DNA of 64,000 nucleotides from Octopus sinensis (taxonomy: Eukaryota): NCBI RefSeq assembly GCF_006345805.1, contig NC_042998.1, positions 8,742,001 through 8,806,000 of the forward strand. The letters run 5' to 3'. Position numbers and translations under genes: made by a program. Shown piece after piece: positions 60,284 through 64,000 of the stretch (within the stretch, counting starts at the first letter, position 1; each line of letters opens with the position of its first letter). The notes beneath the pieces were generated by a model. The model did not search any database, was not told where the DNA came from, and saw nothing but the letters and a program-made list of their open reading frames with translations.

Positions 60284-60334
60284 CTTTATTTTGCATCATA
60301 TTGTATATACTCAGTTTTGGTGTTTCCCCAGTCT
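60284..60334 (-). CDS. Putative host micro-exon 1 (51 nt, phase 1-1): (E)TGETPKLSIYNMMQNK(x)
   Basis: Acceptor CTGTCTTATTTTTTTCTCAG and donor AAG|GTAGGTGTCACTTT. The other two frames contain stops. Confidence 0.72.
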
Positions 60335-60519
60335 CTGAGAAAAAAATAAGACAGTGAAAGGCATTTAAGTAAATTATAAATTAATAACATTTAATGAAAA
60401 TATACAATAAATGTTCTAATACAATGAATATTTTATCATAAACATTCAGAAATTTAATGAAAATTTATAAAATTGGAAAAATTCGATTTTTCTAATGCGC
60501 GTCGAGGTTTATTACTCAA

Positions 60520-61342
<823 letters not shown>

Positions 61343-61354
61343 GTATGTATATAT

Positions 61355-61630
61355 ATATATCGCCTGGCCCTCGTGCCGGTGGCACATAAAAAGCACCATC
61401 CGTTCGTGGCCGTTTGCCACCTCTGTCTGGCACCAGTGCGGGTGGCACGTAAAAAGCACCCACTACAGTCACGGAGTGGTTGGCGTTAGGAAGGGCATCC
61501 AGCCGTAGAAACACTGCCAGATTTGACTGGGCCTGATGACGCCTTCTGGCTTCACAGACCCCAGTAGAACCGTCCAACCCATGCTAGCATGGAAAACGGA
61601 CGCTAAATGATGATGATGATGATGATGATA
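61355..61630 (+). mobile_element. RTE 3' UTR/tail fragment
   Basis: Near-identical reverse complement of 21345-21625. Confidence 0.85.
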
Positions 61631-61897
61631 TATATATATAATTTATAGAAGGAGCTTCTACAGGACTAGAACTGTTTCATTCAAAAGAAATCATCAGGAA
61701 GCTTGGTGACAAGAATAGTTTTGGCATTTATACATTTAGGCAGATTTAAAGTGGTGGTGGTGGGGGGGACTTTTTGGGGTAGGCATGGCGCAAACTGTCT
61801 TTCTTAGGGGAGTGGTCAAAAGAATCAGTGATAAAGTAGATAAAAGAATAAATAGAATAATAGAATAGAGTTTTAGGTAAATAAGAAGACTATCGCT

Positions 61898-61937
<40 letters not shown>

Positions 61938-62038
61938 TACACATATATATATATATATATATATATATGCACCCATATACATACATATACGTACACACCC
62001 ATACACATACTCATACATACACACATACATATATCCAT

Positions 62039-62091
<53 letters not shown>

Positions 62092-62216
62092 AATACACAC
62101 ATACATACATGCCAACATGCAAGCACATGCACACATATATCTACACACATATATATAAAAAGGAATATACACCCCCATACACACACGCTCACATATATAT
62201 ATATACACATATATAT

Positions 62217-62248
<32 letters not shown>

Positions 62249-62269
62249 CTGGTATTTGTTCATATATAT

Positions 62270-62545
62270 ATATCATCATCATCATCATCATCGTTTAACG
62301 TCCGTTCTCCATGCTAGCATGGGTTGGACGGTTCGACCGGGGATCTGGGAAGCCAGAAGGCTGCACCAGGCTCCAGTCTTATCTGGCAGGGTTTCTACAT
62401 ATGGATGCCCTTCCTAACGCCAACCACTCCGTGAGTGTAGTGGGTGCTTTTTACGTGCCACCTGCACAGGTGCCAGGCGAGGCTGGCAACGGCCACGGTC
62501 GGATTGGTGTATTTTATGTGCCACCGGCACGGAAGCCAGACGAGG
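62270..62545 (-). mobile_element. RTE 3' UTR/tail fragment
   Basis: Near-identical to 10265-10538. Confidence 0.85.
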
Positions 62546-64000
62546 CATGAATGTTTTAACATGAATGTTTTAACATGCAATTTTAACCAACATTCAGAAA
62601 GTTAATGAAAATTTTTAAAAACTGAAGAAAATCTACATTTTAAAATGGCTGGCGAGTATAAAAAATTATAGTTAAGGCTTGATTCAGCTCGACTCAACTT
62701 TTGTTTGGTCAAGCACTATAAGGTTTTCACCAGTAGCTTTTATCGTTTAATTCATTCATTATTTTCTTAACCCATGAAGAAATCATATTGCCAAATGTGT
62801 TACGAGGAGGTCAATAAGGAATGCATGATTAAATGTCAAGATATCAAATGAATCTTTTTCAAAAGTATTGATTTTATTTAACACTTTAACCTTCTTCATA
62901 TTCCATAGCCTTGTTATTTCGTACTTAAGAGGGTAGTATCTCTCACTGTTTTCGCCTTCCTTTTTGACAATTCCCGAGTCGAAGGAGCATGCAGTATCAA
63001 CTATATAGCACATAAGGTTCACCTTGTCCACTAACACCAGGTCCGGTCTGTCAAGCTCTAGCACCTGAACTATTTGGATTGGGGCATCCCAGAGGATTTT
63101 ACTAGTCTCAGACACCTCCATGTTCCCCGTTATGTGCTCATTCCACATCTTGCCTCTCTCTAGTCCCCACTTTTCGCACAGTTTCCAATGTAACATGTTC
63201 AGTACCTGATTGTGTGGCCACAACTGGTAATGTTTTGGGGCAGGTCTAGGGCATTCTTTCGTGATATGAGCAATGGTTTCATCGACTCTTTTACAGATTT
63301 CTCATTCCTAACGTTGACCCTGCGTTTCCTGGCCAAATCTTGGTCTTGCGCTGCCAGTATAGTGCTCTCTGTCTCTTTTATTAGTGTTCCTTTCATCAGT
63401 CAATCCCACCTATTTATTCCAGCAAATTCTGTTATGGTTAGATGGAATTCATTGTGTAGGCCCTTGTTGCTTAATTCTTCATATCCTTTTTGTAGTTCCT
63501 CCTTTATTTCCCTTTTTGCTCTGCTCTCAATACTCCCTCATCCTTAATTCTCATTAGCAAGATTTCCTTTCTTTCGGTGAGGTATCTCATTAAGCTCTCG
63601 ACTTCGATAAGCACTCAGTCTTCCACACTTATCAATCCGCTTCCTCCATTTGCTCTCTTCATGTATTGGCGATCAGTGTCCACACATGGAGGATGGGCTC
63701 CATGCAACGTTAGGGGCTTTCTAGACTTCATGTTAATCACCTTTAGCTTCTCCTCTGTCACAGGGTACGATCATGTCAATCTATTTACAGACTATATTGT
63801 TTTGGTCTTTCACAACAATATCTGGTTTATTTGCTTTGAGGGTCTGATCTGTACTACTGCAAAGACCAAAAGAATAGTTATATTTTCTGGCTCATTTACA
63901 GCCACAGGGTTGTGCTTATACCATTTGTCAAGTTTTAAGTTTATAGTGCCAACACATTATCCAATGTAGATATTGACCAACCCTGTCATTTCCTGATTTG
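62546..64000. repeat. Segmental duplicate of ~50720-52170 (intron module plus R4-like LINE fragments)
   Basis: Near-identical ORF remnants (62783-63223 vs 50946-51386; 63577-63969 vs 51739-52131). Runs off the window end. Confidence 0.92.

Overview
This is repeat-dense, AT-rich animal genomic DNA. The SINE, RTE and Penelope families and the (TA)n/(CATA)n/(CAT)n microsatellite load look like a coleoid cephalopod, probably Octopus; that assignment is inference. Most of the 64 kb is transposable elements: about ten RTE-clade LINE copies or 3' ends (two with uninterrupted RT ORFs), CR1-group and R4/Dong-like LINE fragments, two Mariner remnants, a hAT-Charlie/Buster remnant, tRNA-derived SINEs, a GG-terminal DNA element with an 8-bp TSD, a young non-autonomous LTR element, and two Penelope-like elements (PLEs). 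Two signals are invisible to the ORF track. First, five homologous symmetric micro-exons on the minus strand (48-54 nt, phase 1-1) sit in a tandemly amplified exon+intron module between about 39.9 and 60.3 kb. Their splice-site flanks are conserved, the exon sequences are highly divergent, and only one reading frame is open in all of them. Second, there are several minimal hammerhead-ribozyme folds, including one in the PLE 3' region where the invariant C3-G8 core pair appears swapped to G3-C8. All alignments and folds were done by eye, and coordinates of decayed elements are approximate.
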